A stretch of DNA of 64,000 nt from Ruminococcaceae bacterium OttesenSCG-928-I18 (GTDB lineage: Bacteria; Bacillota; Clostridia; Oscillospirales; Ruminococcaceae): contig JAJDHT010000001.1 in NCBI GenBank assembly GCA_030266325.1, forward strand, positions 32,813 through 96,812. The letters are read 5' to 3'. Under the pieces are notes generated by a model. The model saw only the letters and a program-made list of their open reading frames with translations. It made no database searches and had not been told where the DNA came from. Shown piece by piece: positions 30,188-40,188 of the stretch; within the stretch, counting starts at the first letter, position 1, and each line of letters begins with the position of its first letter. Position numbers and translations under genes: made by a program.

Positions 30188-31075
30188 TTAGCTCTCCGCA
30201 CGGCGGTTTCTCTTTTTCCCAAGATAGTATACGCCCACAGCATCGGGGCCTGTGTTGGTGGCCACGGCCGAGCCCAGCCTGAACTTCCCCAGCGGCTCGT
30301 GCCCCCATCTTTCCTTGCAGGCCTTGGCAAGCGCGTCGATATACTCGTCTTTGGTCCCGGCCACGGCATATTCGCTTCCCTCTGTGACATGTTCGCTCGC
30401 ATATTCGAGAATCGCCGGGATCACCTCTTTATCGCCCCGCACCTTTTTCACCACATTGCTGATCCCATCAATCAGGGTGATGATGGGCCGCACCCCGAGC
30501 AGCTCCCCTGCGAACGCGGCGGCGGCGCTCACCCGGCCGCTCTTTTTTAAAAAGCGCAGGCTGTAGGCGCCCAATACAATCTCGATACGCGCGTAAATGT
30601 CTTCCAGCCAGGCGATCACGTCTTTCATCTCGGCGCCATTTTGCAGCTTGAACGCCGCCTGGGCCACATACCAACCATAGGGAATCGCGTAGGCATGGCT
30701 GTCTACAATGTGAATTTCCATCTTGCTTTGGGGGCGCTGGCTATGGAAGGTTTCAACGGCCAATTTCGCCGCATGGTAGGTGTTCGAGCCGCTGGCGTTC
30801 AGGCTCACATACAACACCTGTTCTATGCCTTTGTCGTCGTACTGTTTATATTGCTCTAGAAAACGCAGCGTGGTGATGTGCGCTGTGGAGGGAATCACCT
30901 CGCAGTTGTGAAGCATCTCATAATACTCATCGGGCGTAAAATCCACCCGCTCGGTATAGTTGCGCCCATCCACCGTGATGTCAAAAGGAAGGATATCAAC
31001 GCCGGACTCCTCTTCCAACTCCTTTGTCAAATCGCTTGCGGAATCGGTCATGACGGCAAATTTGCGCTTTGGCAT
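30188..31075 (-). CDS. DegV-family fatty-acid-binding protein
   Basis: 295 aa. FAVMTDSASDL N-terminus and overall DegV pattern. Confidence 0.8.
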   Translation of the reverse strand: MPKRKFAVMTDSASDLTKELEEESGVDILPFDITVDGRNYTERVDFTPDEYYEMLHNCEVIPSTAHITTLRFLEQYKQYDDKGIEQVLYVSLNASGSNTYHAAKLAVETFHSQRPQSKMEIHIVDSHAYAIPYGWYVAQAAFKLQNGAEMKDVIAWLEDIYARIEIVLGAYSLRFLKKSGRVSAAAAFAGELLGVRPIITLIDGISNVVKKVRGDKEVIPAILEYASEHVTEGSEYAVAGTKDEYIDALAKACKERWGHEPLGKFRLGSAVATNTGPDAVGVYYLGKKRNRRAES

Positions 31076-31170
31076 CCACTCATCCTTCCCTTATCTGTTC
31101 CTTAGCCACAAAGTGGCGCGTTCACCGGGGCCCAAGGCCCCCGTCGCAGAGGTTCTGTGTCTCTGCTTTG

Positions 31171-31659
31171 TCAAACCCCACCCTGCCACTGCAAGCCCTC
31201 GTGCTCCCATTGGCGCAAGGCCTCGTAAACGCCCACCGCCACCGTATTGGAGAGGTTCAGGCTGCGCAACTGCCCACGCATGGGCAGCCGCACGCACTGC
31301 CGTTTCGGATCCTGCAAAAGGAAGGGGGGAAGCCCCGCGTCTTCCCTGCCAAACACAAGGCAGCAGCCGGGCCGATACTCCACCTCGGTGTATCTCTTTT
31401 TTGCCTTGGTGGTGAAAAACACACAGGGGCCGGGCGGGTTGTCTAAAAAATCGGATAGGCTGTCATAATAGGTGATGTCCAGCTTGTCCCAATAGTCGAG
31501 GCCGGCACGCTTTAGTTTCGCATCCGTGACCGTAAATCCCATGGGTTTTATGAGATGCAGCGCGGCACCGGTGCAGGCACAGGTGCGTGCCACATTCCCG
31601 GTGTTTTGGGGGATTTGGGGCTCCACCAGGGCCACATGCAGGGGCAAGGCGCCGCTCAC
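31171..31659 (-). CDS. trmL: tRNA (cytidine/uridine-34-2'-O)-methyltransferase, SpoU/TrmL type
   Basis: HVALVEPQIPQNTGNVARTCA...LIKPMGF and the C-terminal SLNLSN knot motif. Confidence 0.85.
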   Translation of the reverse strand: MSGALPLHVALVEPQIPQNTGNVARTCACTGAALHLIKPMGFTVTDAKLKRAGLDYWDKLDITYYDSLSDFLDNPPGPCVFFTTKAKKRYTEVEYRPGCCLVFGREDAGLPPFLLQDPKRQCVRLPMRGQLRSLNLSNTVAVGVYEALRQWEHEGLQWQGGV

Positions 31660-32501
31660 GGCCGGCAGTCCTCACAGGCGGAGGTGAGAATATGCAGGCA
31701 AGGTTCAAACCAGGTGCCCTGCCGGACCACGCCCCCGCCCTCCGTTGTCCGCCGTATAGCCGCCTCTATAAAGCGGCCCGCCACACCGGCCGCCTCTGCC
31801 AGCCGCATGCCCGAGAGCATCAGCCCCGTGAGCGCGGCCGTGAACAGATCGCCCGTTCCGGGATAACTCTTGGGCTGTGTATTGACGGGCACCGTAAACC
31901 TCTTGTTTTCGCCGGGCACATACCCCAGCATCCCGAGGCCCCCCTCTTCAAGCTCCACGCTCGTCACAAGCACGGAGGTGCCCTTTGCCCCGAGGGTATC
32001 GAGACTGGCGCGGGCCTCTTTTGCCGTCCAGTGGGAAGGGTTGTTCCCGGTCAAGAGGGCGCTCTCGGTCACATTGGGTGTGATGAGGTCGGCCTGGGCG
32101 CATAGCGCACGCATTCCCTCCACGGTCTGCTGGGTAATTCCCTGATACAGGGACCCTTCGTCCCCCATAGAGGGGTCGACGATTTTCTTGGACCCGGGGT
32201 ATTCATCCAGCGCTTTTTGGGCCAGCCGGAACTGGCCGGGGCTGTTGAGATACCCTATATAAACGGCGTCAAAATGGGTGCCCTCGGCCACAATATGATC
32301 TAGGGCCTTCATGCCAAACTCGGAAAGGTCCAGTATCTGCACATTTTCAAAACCGCCCGTGTGGGTAGAGAGCAGGGACGCGGGAAAGGGACAGCACTGT
32401 ACCCCGCAGGCGGACAAAACGCAAGGGGCCGCGGAAAGGCTGGCCCGGCCGACGATGGAGAGGTCCATGAGGCACAACACCCGTTTTGGCATACAGACCA
32501 T
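31656..32501 (-). CDS. pdxK: Pyridoxal/pyridoxamine kinase (ribokinase superfamily)
   Basis: VGRASLSAAPCVLSACGVQCCPFPASLLSTHTGGF and the C-terminal GTGDLF anion-hole motif. Start taken at the ATG 8 nt after GGAAGGGG. Confidence 0.7.
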   Translation of the reverse strand: MVCMPKRVLCLMDLSIVGRASLSAAPCVLSACGVQCCPFPASLLSTHTGGFENVQILDLSEFGMKALDHIVAEGTHFDAVYIGYLNSPGQFRLAQKALDEYPGSKKIVDPSMGDEGSLYQGITQQTVEGMRALCAQADLITPNVTESALLTGNNPSHWTAKEARASLDTLGAKGTSVLVTSVELEEGGLGMLGYVPGENKRFTVPVNTQPKSYPGTGDLFTAALTGLMLSGMRLAEAAGVAGRFIEAAIRRTTEGGGVVRQGTWFEPCLHILTSACEDCRP

Positions 32502-32562
32502 CGGCAACGCCCCTTCCCAGTCTTTTGCTGTACAAAATGCGCCGTGAAACACAGGCTCTATT

Positions 32563-32590
32563 ATTATATACTATCCATGCAAAAATGCAA
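32563..32590 (-). promoter_or_regulatory. Sigma-A type promoter for pdxK-trmL
   Basis: Minus strand reads TTGCAT-16 nt-TATAAT. Confidence 0.45.
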
Positions 32591-32640
32591 ACAGCCGGCC
32601 CCTCTACGGGAGTGTCCCGCCACGTAGTTTATCAAAGTAT

Positions 32641-32731
32641 TTTTATTTGTCCTTCCCCCGCCTCCGGCGGGGGAAGGACACCAGAACTTTTTGGGCAGTC
32701 TATTCAAAACGCCCTTGAGACCCCCCTCTCC
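32641..32731. repeat. Intergenic repeat unit R1 (about 91 nt, with a 13-14 bp GC hairpin)
   Basis: TTTTATTTGTCCTTCCCCCGCC-TCC-GGCGGGGGAAGGACACCAGAACTTTTTGGG...AAAACGCCCTTGAGAC...CTCTCC. Homologous to R2. Confidence 0.6.
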
Positions 32732-32765
32732 GGGAGGATAGCCATCGCGTTGTTTTTCGAGTAAA

Positions 32766-32857
32766 TTTTATGTATCCTCACCCCGACAAAAGCAGGGGAA
32801 AGGCACCAGAATTTCTTGGGTTTCCAGTAAAAACGCTCTTTAGACACTCTCCTCTCC
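32766..32857. repeat. Intergenic repeat unit R2 (degenerate copy of R1, 125 nt downstream)
   Basis: TTTTATGTATCCTCACCCCG...AGGGGAAAGGCACCAGAATTTCTTGGG...AAAACGCTCTTTAGAC...CTCTCC. Confidence 0.6.
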
Positions 32858-32928
32858 CCAAAATATCCCGTAATCCCCCGCCGACACCTCTTTGCGCCGA
32901 GAAGGCGCGCCTTTTCATGATCGAAAGA

Positions 32929-32958
32929 GTGCCCGTAAACTCAACTGTTTACGGGCAC
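32929..32958 (-). terminator. Hairpin 31 nt after the histidine-kinase stop (orientation ambiguous)
   Basis: GTGCCCGTAAAC-6 nt-GTTTACGGGCAC. The T-rich run is actually better on the plus strand. Confidence 0.5.
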
Positions 32959-32988
32959 TTTCACTCCTTTGTTTTGCCGCGACCCACT

Positions 32989-34512
32989 CTAGGGTTTTAC
33001 CAGCGGGGCTTCGAACCAGAACAGCGCCCCCTTGCCCTCTTCGCTTTGCACCCCATAGGCGAACCCGCTCGCAATAAAGATCGCCTTGGTGATAGAGAGC
33101 CCCAGGCCTGTTCCAGGCTTGCCCGCGTCCGCGCGGCTGCGGTAGTATTTGTCAAACAGGTGGGGCAAATCCTGCTCGCTGATTCCAAGCCCGTGGTCGA
33201 TGATCTCCACACGGGCCGTTTGGTCCGGCGTGCGGAAAACGCGCAAGCCCAAATACCCGTCGTCTCCCACATGCTTTAACGCGTTGCCCAGCAGGTTGTG
33301 CAGTGCCCGCTGCAAAAGCCCTGGGTCGGCCTCAATGTCCAAGGGTTCTTTGCCCTCAAATACGAAATGGTAATTGTCCTGTTTTCCCGCGTCTTCGTAC
33401 CGTTCCCCCACCTCTTCACACAGCTGGGTCAGGTTGAAAAGCACGGGCTCCGGCTTCTGCACCCCGCTGGAAACACGGGAGAGCTCGAGCACATTACCCA
33501 CAAGGGCGCTCAAACGGTTGCTCTCATCAATGATGACATTGAGCTGCTCCTGCCTCTTTTGGGGGTCGTCCCCCGAGAGGTCCCGCAGGGTTTCCGCATA
33601 GCCTTTAATCAATGTGAGTGGCGTACGCAGGTCATGGCTGACATTGGCGTAGAGATCCCGCTGTAGTTCGTAAGACTTGCCTATCTCCTCCGCCATCTGG
33701 TTAAAATCTTCAGAGAGCCGGGCAATCTCGTCACAACCTTTCACCTGTACCCTCGCCTCGTAGTTGCCTTTGGTAATTTCCTGTGTGGCTGTGGAAAGTT
33801 TGGTGAGTGGTTTCGTAAACCACCGGCTGAAAACCAGCGCGCAAACGATGGAGATGACAATGAGAAGCAGTGCCACGAAAAACATCAGTTCGCTGAGCAC
33901 TTTTGTGGCCTGCGGCACTCGCTCCAGGTTGGCGGAGATGATGATGGCCAGATTGCCGCTTGTCGTTGTCTGCCCCATCACCATCTGTACGGGTGTTTTA
34001 TGGAAACACCCCCCCGACTCAAAGACACCCTGCCGCAGATACATCACGGTATCGTTGTCCGGCCCGGCCGCCTCCCCCAACATGCCCGTGCCTTCATGCA
34101 GCGCGCAGCGCGAGGACAACCCGTCCTGCAAGAAAAGGTTCCGTAAGTCCTGCCCTGAAATATCGATGCAGAGATGGTCGATTTGCAGCCGGCCGGCTTC
34201 AATTTCTTTATTGAGAAGCGCCAGGCATTCGGGGGACAAGCCCGTCACCACACCCTGGGGGGTGATGTAATCCGCCACCAGGGGCACCTCTTTTTCTTCG
34301 GCGCCGTCGAGCACCTCGACAAACACCTCCACGGTACGGGAAAGGTCATTGCGAATCGAGGCGTTGTAGGCCGGCTCCAAAAGACGGACGGCAAACACCC
34401 AAAAAAGACCGATGAGCAAAAGGCACACCAGTATCACAAAAAAGGTGAGTTTCCGGCGGATGCTGCCGGTAAACCATTTTCGGAACTCACAGCGCTTGCC
34501 TTCGCCTGCCAA
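32989..34512 (-). CDS. Sensor histidine kinase (TM-sensor-TM-HAMP-HisKA-HATPase)
   Basis: H-box VSHDLRTPLT, N/G boxes (LGNALKH, GTGLGLSI). TTG start 4 nt after the regulator's stop. Confidence 0.88.
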   Translation of the reverse strand: MAGEGKRCEFRKWFTGSIRRKLTFFVILVCLLLIGLFWVFAVRLLEPAYNASIRNDLSRTVEVFVEVLDGAEEKEVPLVADYITPQGVVTGLSPECLALLNKEIEAGRLQIDHLCIDISGQDLRNLFLQDGLSSRCALHEGTGMLGEAAGPDNDTVMYLRQGVFESGGCFHKTPVQMVMGQTTTSGNLAIIISANLERVPQATKVLSELMFFVALLLIVISIVCALVFSRWFTKPLTKLSTATQEITKGNYEARVQVKGCDEIARLSEDFNQMAEEIGKSYELQRDLYANVSHDLRTPLTLIKGYAETLRDLSGDDPQKRQEQLNVIIDESNRLSALVGNVLELSRVSSGVQKPEPVLFNLTQLCEEVGERYEDAGKQDNYHFVFEGKEPLDIEADPGLLQRALHNLLGNALKHVGDDGYLGLRVFRTPDQTARVEIIDHGLGISEQDLPHLFDKYYRSRADAGKPGTGLGLSITKAIFIASGFAYGVQSEEGKGALFWFEAPLVKP

Positions 34513-34515
34513 GGG

Positions 34516-35199
34516 TCATTTCGCCTCCGGGTCAAATTTATAGCCCACACCCCATACCGTTACAATGCAGTTCCGATAGGGGCCCAGATGCCCACGCAGC
34601 ATTTTTATATGGGTGTCTACGGTGCGGTCCTCGCCGATATAGTCATAGTTCCACACCTTTTGCAGAATTTTCTCACGCGAGAGGGCAATGCCGCGGTTCG
34701 CAGCCAAAAAAACCAGCAGGTCAAACTCTTTTGGTGTGAGTTCTGCCACTTCTCCGTCTATTTTAACCGTATGGGACACCGTATCAATCGAGAGGCCATC
34801 AAACACATAGCTCTCCCCATCGGCTTTTTCCTTGGGCAGGGTGCGGGCCAAAACTGCTTTCACGCGGGCCACCAGCTCCCTGGGGGAAAAAGGCTTCACG
34901 ACATAATCGTCGGCCCCACCTTCTAACCCCGCCACACGGTCATATTCTTCGCCACGGGCCGTAAGCATAATGACCGGCACGTCGATCTTGCGCTGGCGCA
35001 TTTCACGCAGCACGGTCATTCCGTCAACGAAAGGCATCATGATGTCTAGAAGTACCAGGTCAATGCCCCCCTTTTGCAGGCTCACAAGCGCGGCCGAGCC
35101 ATCGGCCGCCTCCTCTACCTGATACCCCGCGTGCTCCAAATGCTCCTTGATCAGTTCCCTGATGCGCGGTTCGTCGTCTGCGATCAATATTTTAATCAT
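34516..35199 (-). CDS. OmpR/PhoB-family response regulator
   Basis: Receiver domain (ILIADDEP...LLDIMMP) plus a winged-helix C-terminus (TVWGVGYKF). Confidence 0.9.
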   Translation of the reverse strand: MIKILIADDEPRIRELIKEHLEHAGYQVEEAADGSAALVSLQKGGIDLVLLDIMMPFVDGMTVLREMRQRKIDVPVIMLTARGEEYDRVAGLEGGADDYVVKPFSPRELVARVKAVLARTLPKEKADGESYVFDGLSIDTVSHTVKIDGEVAELTPKEFDLLVFLAANRGIALSREKILQKVWNYDYIGEDRTVDTHIKMLRGHLGPYRNCIVTVWGVGYKFDPEAK

Positions 35200-35503
35200 T
35201 ACTTCCTCACCTCTGTTTCAGCAGGGTTTACCCGGAAATCTACCCTTCACGCTTGTCCACATACATTTTTATCCATGAGGAGCCTTCATGCGGCGGTCAA
35301 AAAAGGGCCTCAAAGTTATTCTCTATTCTATCATAGGTTGGGGGTATGTTGTAAATGTGAAATATGTAAAACCCACAGCAAAATATTGGTTTATACAAAT
35401 TGAATTATCATATTCATATATTCCAAAATGTATATTTATTTAGATTGTAATCGCCTGCCAAACCCGTTACAATATCCCTACCACTCTTCATTCGGGGGCC
35501 TTT

Positions 35504-36331
35504 ATGCTGCTGACAGTACTCACCCTTCTCTGTGCGCTTGCTTTGCTTTTGTTCTTTTTGCTTATGCCGGGCGAAAGCGATTTCACCCAGCGGCAGCCCT
35601 TCTGGAACATTAACATCGCGCACAGGGGGCTTCATAAAAAGGATCTTTCCATACCCGAAAACAGCATGGCGGCGTTCACGGCGGCCATCGACGCAGGGTA
35701 CGGCATCGAGCTGGACATCCGCCTGAGCCAGGACGACGCCGTCGTCGTCTTCCACGATGAAGACCTGGGCCGGGTGTGCGGCGTGCCCGGGCGCGTAGGC
35801 GAAAAACCATTGGCCGAACTGAAAAAACTGCGCCTATACGGCACAAACCAGCTGATTCCCACGCTGCGGGAAGTTTTGGAGGCGATAGATGGGCGGGTCC
35901 CCCTGGTCATCGAGCTGAAACACGGGAAAGACTATAAAAAACTGTGCGAGCTCGCCTGGCGCATCCTGCGCCGGTACGACGGCGAAATCTGCGTGGAGAG
36001 CTTTGATCCGCGGATCGTGCGCTGGTTTTATAAAAATGTCCCGGGTCTTTTGCGCGGCCAGCTGGCCGCCCCGCCAAAGAACCTGAAACAGGGGTTCAAG
36101 GGGTACGCCGTGGGGTGGCTGTTCGCCAATTGCATCGGCCGTCCCCATTTCATCGCCTATCAGAAAGGCCCGAAACCCTTGATCGTAAACCTTGTATGTA
36201 AATTTGCCATGCGTGTCGTGTGGACGGCCCGGCCCGAAGACCATCAGGGTATTTTGGAGATGGAGAACGATGCGGTCATCTTCGAATACTATGAACCCGA
36301 GCCCTATTTTCAGACGCCCGAAGACACCTAA
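35504..36331 (+). CDS. Glycerophosphodiester phosphodiesterase-family protein, membrane-anchored
   Basis: N-terminal TM helix, then NIAHRGL and ELDIRLSQD GDPD motifs. Confidence 0.8.
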   Translation: MLLTVLTLLCALALLLFFLLMPGESDFTQRQPFWNINIAHRGLHKKDLSIPENSMAAFTAAIDAGYGIELDIRLSQDDAVVVFHDEDLGRVCGVPGRVGEKPLAELKKLRLYGTNQLIPTLREVLEAIDGRVPLVIELKHGKDYKKLCELAWRILRRYDGEICVESFDPRIVRWFYKNVPGLLRGQLAAPPKNLKQGFKGYAVGWLFANCIGRPHFIAYQKGPKPLIVNLVCKFAMRVVWTARPEDHQGILEMENDAVIFEYYEPEPYFQTPEDT

Positions 36332-36366
36332 TTCCCGCTTTCCGCCGCAGAAACCCCACAATACTA

Positions 36367-36415
36367 AAAACATCTGCCATACCCGCAAAAAATAGGCGCG
36401 TGTGGCAGATGTTTT
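36367..36415. terminator. Bidirectional terminator
   Basis: AAAACATCTGCCA-23 nt-TGGCAGATGTTTT between convergent genes. Confidence 0.65.
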
Positions 36416-36439
36416 CTTTTGGTGTGCTCTGGCCGCTCG

Positions 36440-36835
36440 TTACATGTCGTGGTCGTGCCCGCAGTCACAGGTGTCGATCTCGATTTCAATCTTCTCCCCG
36501 CATCCGGGACAGATGACATCCCCGCCGATCAACATCTCTTCATCCAACACGACCGACTCCTGGCAGTTGGGGCAGACAATCTCATACACGTCATCGGAAA
36601 AGAGCGTATCCATATCCCCATACAACTCTTCTTCCACCATGCCAAGGTCCCTGTCCAGTTCTTCAAAGGCGTCATACAGGTCAACAAGATCCGCCCCGAT
36701 GTCCTCTACATCGCTTGCCATTTCGGACACAAGGTCCAGCAGTTCGTTGATCACCCGGGCTTCTTTTTTGTCTGTGTCCAGTTCCAGCCCTTCGGCCAGG
36801 CCTTTGATATAAGCAGCTTTTTCGGAAAGATTCAT
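36440..36835 (-). CDS. Acidic zinc-ribbon protein (CD1247 N-terminal-domain-like)
   Basis: 131 aa from the ATG after AGGAGG. CPNC...CPGCG zinc ribbon and an acidic helical N-terminal half. Downstream partner of efp. Confidence 0.6.
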   Translation of the reverse strand: MNLSEKAAYIKGLAEGLELDTDKKEARVINELLDLVSEMASDVEDIGADLVDLYDAFEELDRDLGMVEEELYGDMDTLFSDDVYEIVCPNCQESVVLDEEMLIGGDVICPGCGEKIEIEIDTCDCGHDHDM

Positions 36836-36887
36836 GTTGTCCTCCTGTATTTTCACATTCTCGTTAATGTCCCCCGGGAAATAGAGC

Positions 36888-37445
36888 TTAGGCACGTTCC
36901 ATATATTCACCGGTGCGCGTATCGATGCGGATCATGTCCCCCTCGTTGATGAAAAGGGGCACGCGCACCTCGGCTCCGGTTTCCATTTTTGCAGGTTTCA
37001 GGGTGTTGGTGGCGGTGTTCCCCTTCATGCCAGGCTCCGTCTCCGTCACCTGAAGCACCACAAAGTTCGGGGTTTCCACGCCAAACACATTTCCCTTGTA
37101 GCTCAATACTTTTACCGTCTCGTTCTCTTTCACAAACTTGAAGTCGTCCGACAGATCGCTCTCGTTTAAGGGAATCTGCTCATAGCTTTCCGTATCCATA
37201 AAATAGTACAGCCCGCCGTCCTCGTAAAGGTACTGCATGTCACGGCGGTCGATATGCGCCACCGGAAATTTGTCGGTGGGGTTATAGGTGGTCTCCGTCA
37301 CTGCGCCCGTGATCACATTTTTGGTCTTTGTACGCACAAACGCAGAACCCTTGCCCGGCTTCACATGCTGGAACTCCACAATTTGCAGAACCTGCCCATC
37401 CTGCTCAAACGTTGCGCCATTTCTAAAATCTCCGGCTGAAATCAT
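36888..37445 (-). CDS. efp: Elongation factor P
   Basis: [10 protein letters not shown]...[19 protein letters not shown]. Confidence 0.95.
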   Translation of the reverse strand: MISAGDFRNGATFEQDGQVLQIVEFQHVKPGKGSAFVRTKTKNVITGAVTETTYNPTDKFPVAHIDRRDMQYLYEDGGLYYFMDTESYEQIPLNESDLSDDFKFVKENETVKVLSYKGNVFGVETPNFVVLQVTETEPGMKGNTATNTLKPAKMETGAEVRVPLFINEGDMIRIDTRTGEYMERA

Positions 37446-37522
37446 TTACGACCCCTCCAAGGCAGGCGTCCTGCCAATTCTTGATGGGAAACGGATCCTC
37501 CCATTTTGTGTTACCGTACTTT

Positions 37523-37551
37523 ATTCTATCTTATCATCCCCGCTTTTTCAA
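37523..37551 (-). promoter_or_regulatory. Sigma-A type promoter for efp
   Basis: Minus strand reads TTGAAA-17 nt-TAGAAT. Confidence 0.5.
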
Positions 37552-37634
37552 GCGTTTTGGGCATTTGGGCCCTGTGCTTGTCTATGGTAAAGCACAATAG
37601 CCCAAGGCCGGTATCTCGCCGCCACCACGTGCGC

Positions 37635-38708
37635 TCACAAAACCAGAAGCTCCTTCGGGCTTGCGGCAAGAGATTCACAACCGTCCTCTTTCACCAAAAC
37701 CGTGTCTTCTATCCGGCAGCCGAAACGCCCCGGGAGGTAGCAACCCGGCTCCACGGTCATCATCATGCCGCTGCGGATGACCGAACCGCATTTTGGAGAA
37801 AACCGCGGCGCCTCATGTATCTCTATGCCCACGGCATGGCCCAGCCCGTGGCCGAAATACGGCCCATACCCCGCCTGCTCGATCACCTCTCGGGCCGCCT
37901 TGTCCACTGCGCTCCCTTTTTGGCCGCTGTAAACCGCTTTTAGTCCCACATAATGGGCGTTGAGGACCAGGTCATATATCTTTCTCTTTTCCTCTCCCGG
38001 CTCCCCCAGGGCTACGGTGCGCGTCATGTCACTGCAGTAACCACGGTATTTCGCCCCAAAATCCATTGTGACGAAATCCCCTTTTTGCAGCCGATATTCG
38101 CCGGGTTGCCCATGGGGAAGGCTGGTATTTGCCCCACCTATGAAAATCGTGTCAAAAGCCACTTTTTCCGCTCCGCTCGACCGCATGAAGCGTTCCATCT
38201 CCAGCATCATGTCCACTTCCCGCACCCCGGGCTGTATCTTGGGAAGGATATGGGCAAAACAGGCGTCCGTGATCTGCTGGGCCCTGCGCATCCTTTCAAT
38301 TTCGCTCTCATCCTTTACGCTGCGCAGCGCCTCGATCTCCTCACTGAGCCTGCCCGAAATATTCAAGCTGCACTGGGGCAGCTTTTCCCGTGTCTTTTCA
38401 TACAGGGACACAGGAATGCGGTTTTCAAGATACAGGTGCTTGACACCCGCCTTTTCAAGCAGCTCTCCCAGCTGCTTGAACGTGTCCTTTTCCAAGACAA
38501 CCTCGGCATTGTCTATCTCCCGCTCTGCCGCTTCGATATATCTCAAATCGATCAGGTACACGAGTTTTTCAGGCAATAGGAGCAAGGTGCCCGCATCCGC
38601 GGCATCGAAGTCGAGAAAATAAAACCGGCTGACCTCTGTTTGAATCAAGGCCGCCTCAAAGTCGTCGGGCATGGCGTCTAACAATTGGGCGACACGCTTT
38701 TTCAGCAT
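37635..38708 (-). CDS. pepP: M24-family Xaa-Pro aminopeptidase
   Basis: Creatinase-like N-domain plus the pita-bread metal ligands (HGLGHAVGIEIHE, EPG, IED). Confidence 0.85.
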   Translation of the reverse strand: MLKKRVAQLLDAMPDDFEAALIQTEVSRFYFLDFDAADAGTLLLLPEKLVYLIDLRYIEAAEREIDNAEVVLEKDTFKQLGELLEKAGVKHLYLENRIPVSLYEKTREKLPQCSLNISGRLSEEIEALRSVKDESEIERMRRAQQITDACFAHILPKIQPGVREVDMMLEMERFMRSSGAEKVAFDTIFIGGANTSLPHGQPGEYRLQKGDFVTMDFGAKYRGYCSDMTRTVALGEPGEEKRKIYDLVLNAHYVGLKAVYSGQKGSAVDKAAREVIEQAGYGPYFGHGLGHAVGIEIHEAPRFSPKCGSVIRSGMMMTVEPGCYLPGRFGCRIEDTVLVKEDGCESLAASPKELLVL

Positions 38709-38715
38709 TTTCTCC

Positions 38716-39594
38716 TCACTTCTGCCTTTGCCCCAAAGACTGATAATATCGTTTCATTGTCACAGCATCTTCCGCTTGATGGCCGGCGCTCTCGCAGATC
38801 ATCACGGGGCTCAATTTCCGGAGGTAAAGCAATTCTAGCAAAGGCTCATGGGGCGGCCCCGAAGGTTGATTGTCAAAATTCAAGTGTTTTCGCTCTCCGC
38901 TCTCCCCGTATTCGACGCGCGAAAAATGGATATGGAAAAAGCTTGCCCGCTCGTCAGCCAACGCCTCCCCTATCCTGTCCAATATCTCCGCATACTCTTT
39001 CCCGCTTTGAAGAACACCCTTGTCGCGTGCATACAGATGTCCAAAATCCACACAGGGAATATGCCGCTTGTCCATCGCACAGAGTGCCAACACCTCTGCC
39101 AGGGTTCCCAGCTGGCCTTGCTTGCCCATGGTTTCAGGACAGAGGTAAATGTCTTCATACCCCTCTTCATCCAGCAGCGCGCGGGCACGGGAAAGTGTGT
39201 CTATCGTTTTCTCCATTGCCGCCGTGCGGCTCTGCTTACCTGCGCTGCCGGTATGGAAGACCACCCTGTTTCCCCCCAGCGATCTCACCGCCTTGGCACT
39301 CTGAAGGAAATACCGTAAGCTTCCAAGGCGTTTCTCTTCCTCTCTGCTTGACATGGAGATATAATAGGGGGCATGAAGGCTAAAGGTAAGCCCTCCCGCA
39401 TCGGCCTGTTCTTTGAGCGTTTCGGCCGTTTTTTCCGCCACACGGACCCCGTGCCCACACTGGTATTCAAACGCTTCCAGCCCACGGGACAAGGTGTCCT
39501 CTACCGCCCCCAGTGCATTTTTATATCCCTTTTGCCAATAGGACTCGCTGAGACCGGCCGGGCCGAAGCGAGGGGGCCGAAGGAAATCCCTCAC
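38716..39594 (-). CDS. Xylose-isomerase-like TIM-barrel protein (endonuclease IV family-like)
   Basis: 292 aa. RFGPAGLS..., HAPYYI, VVFHTGS, CPETMG, DFGHL pattern. GTG start overlaps the yqeG stop (GTGA). Confidence 0.6.
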   Translation of the reverse strand: MRDFLRPPRFGPAGLSESYWQKGYKNALGAVEDTLSRGLEAFEYQCGHGVRVAEKTAETLKEQADAGGLTFSLHAPYYISMSSREEEKRLGSLRYFLQSAKAVRSLGGNRVVFHTGSAGKQSRTAAMEKTIDTLSRARALLDEEGYEDIYLCPETMGKQGQLGTLAEVLALCAMDKRHIPCVDFGHLYARDKGVLQSGKEYAEILDRIGEALADERASFFHIHFSRVEYGESGERKHLNFDNQPSGPPHEPLLELLYLRKLSPVMICESAGHQAEDAVTMKRYYQSLGQRQK

Positions 39595-40097
39595 AATAGT
39601 TTTCCGCCTTTACGGAAATAGCGGGCGAGGAAAGGCGCTTCGAGGCGGCGTTTCAAGCGGATGGTCGGTTTAATGTCCTCTGAGATCGGTTTCACAAGAA
39701 GCACTTTCACCCCCACCAGGTGCCCCGCAAAAACGTCGGTGAAAATCTGATCACCGACCAGTGCAATGCTGCTGGGCGGAAGGCCCCAGTGCCGTACTGC
39801 CGCCACCAACCATTTGGGGGACGGCTTGCAGCAAAAACTGGCGAACTGCAACCCCAGTTTTCGCGCAAAAGGTTCTACACGGCTATATAAATTATTGCTG
39901 GCCAACATCATGCAGATTCCCGCTTTCCGCATCTCGGCCAGCCACTTCATTACCTCAGGTGACACCTCCTGGCTATCGTGTTCGGCCAGGGTATTGTCCA
40001 CATCCAACACAAGCGCACTGATGCCTTTATTGCGTAAAAACTGTGGTGTAATGCGGGTCACGCTTCGGAAATAGTATTCCGGGGTTAAGAATGGCAT
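39591..40097 (-). CDS. yqeG: YqeG-family HAD-IIIA phosphatase
   Basis: LVLDVDNTL and LASNN motifs, VGDQIFTDV. AAAGGAG RBS. Confidence 0.8.
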   Translation of the reverse strand: MPFLTPEYYFRSVTRITPQFLRNKGISALVLDVDNTLAEHDSQEVSPEVMKWLAEMRKAGICMMLASNNLYSRVEPFARKLGLQFASFCCKPSPKWLVAAVRHWGLPPSSIALVGDQIFTDVFAGHLVGVKVLLVKPISEDIKPTIRLKRRLEAPFLARYFRKGGKLL

Positions 40098-40130
40098 CTT
40101 ACACTCCTTTTGCCAACCGTATACCGGTAA

Positions 40131-40156
40131 AGAAAACGGGCTCCTGCCGGAGCCCG
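40131..40156 (-). terminator. Intrinsic terminator of rpsU
   Basis: Minus strand reads CGGGCTCC-GGCA-GGAGCCCG followed by TTTTCTTT. Confidence 0.75.
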
Positions 40157-40188
40157 CCTGGGTGCTTCTATGCGCCCTGCCAGCGAAG

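Noticed and set aside
32641-32857. CRISPR array or tandem glycine-type riboswitch
   Set aside because: There are only two degenerate units with a non-repeat-like 34-nt spacer and no cas genes. The minus strand starts with GGAGAG like glycine aptamers but lacks the ACCGAAGGGGCAA core.
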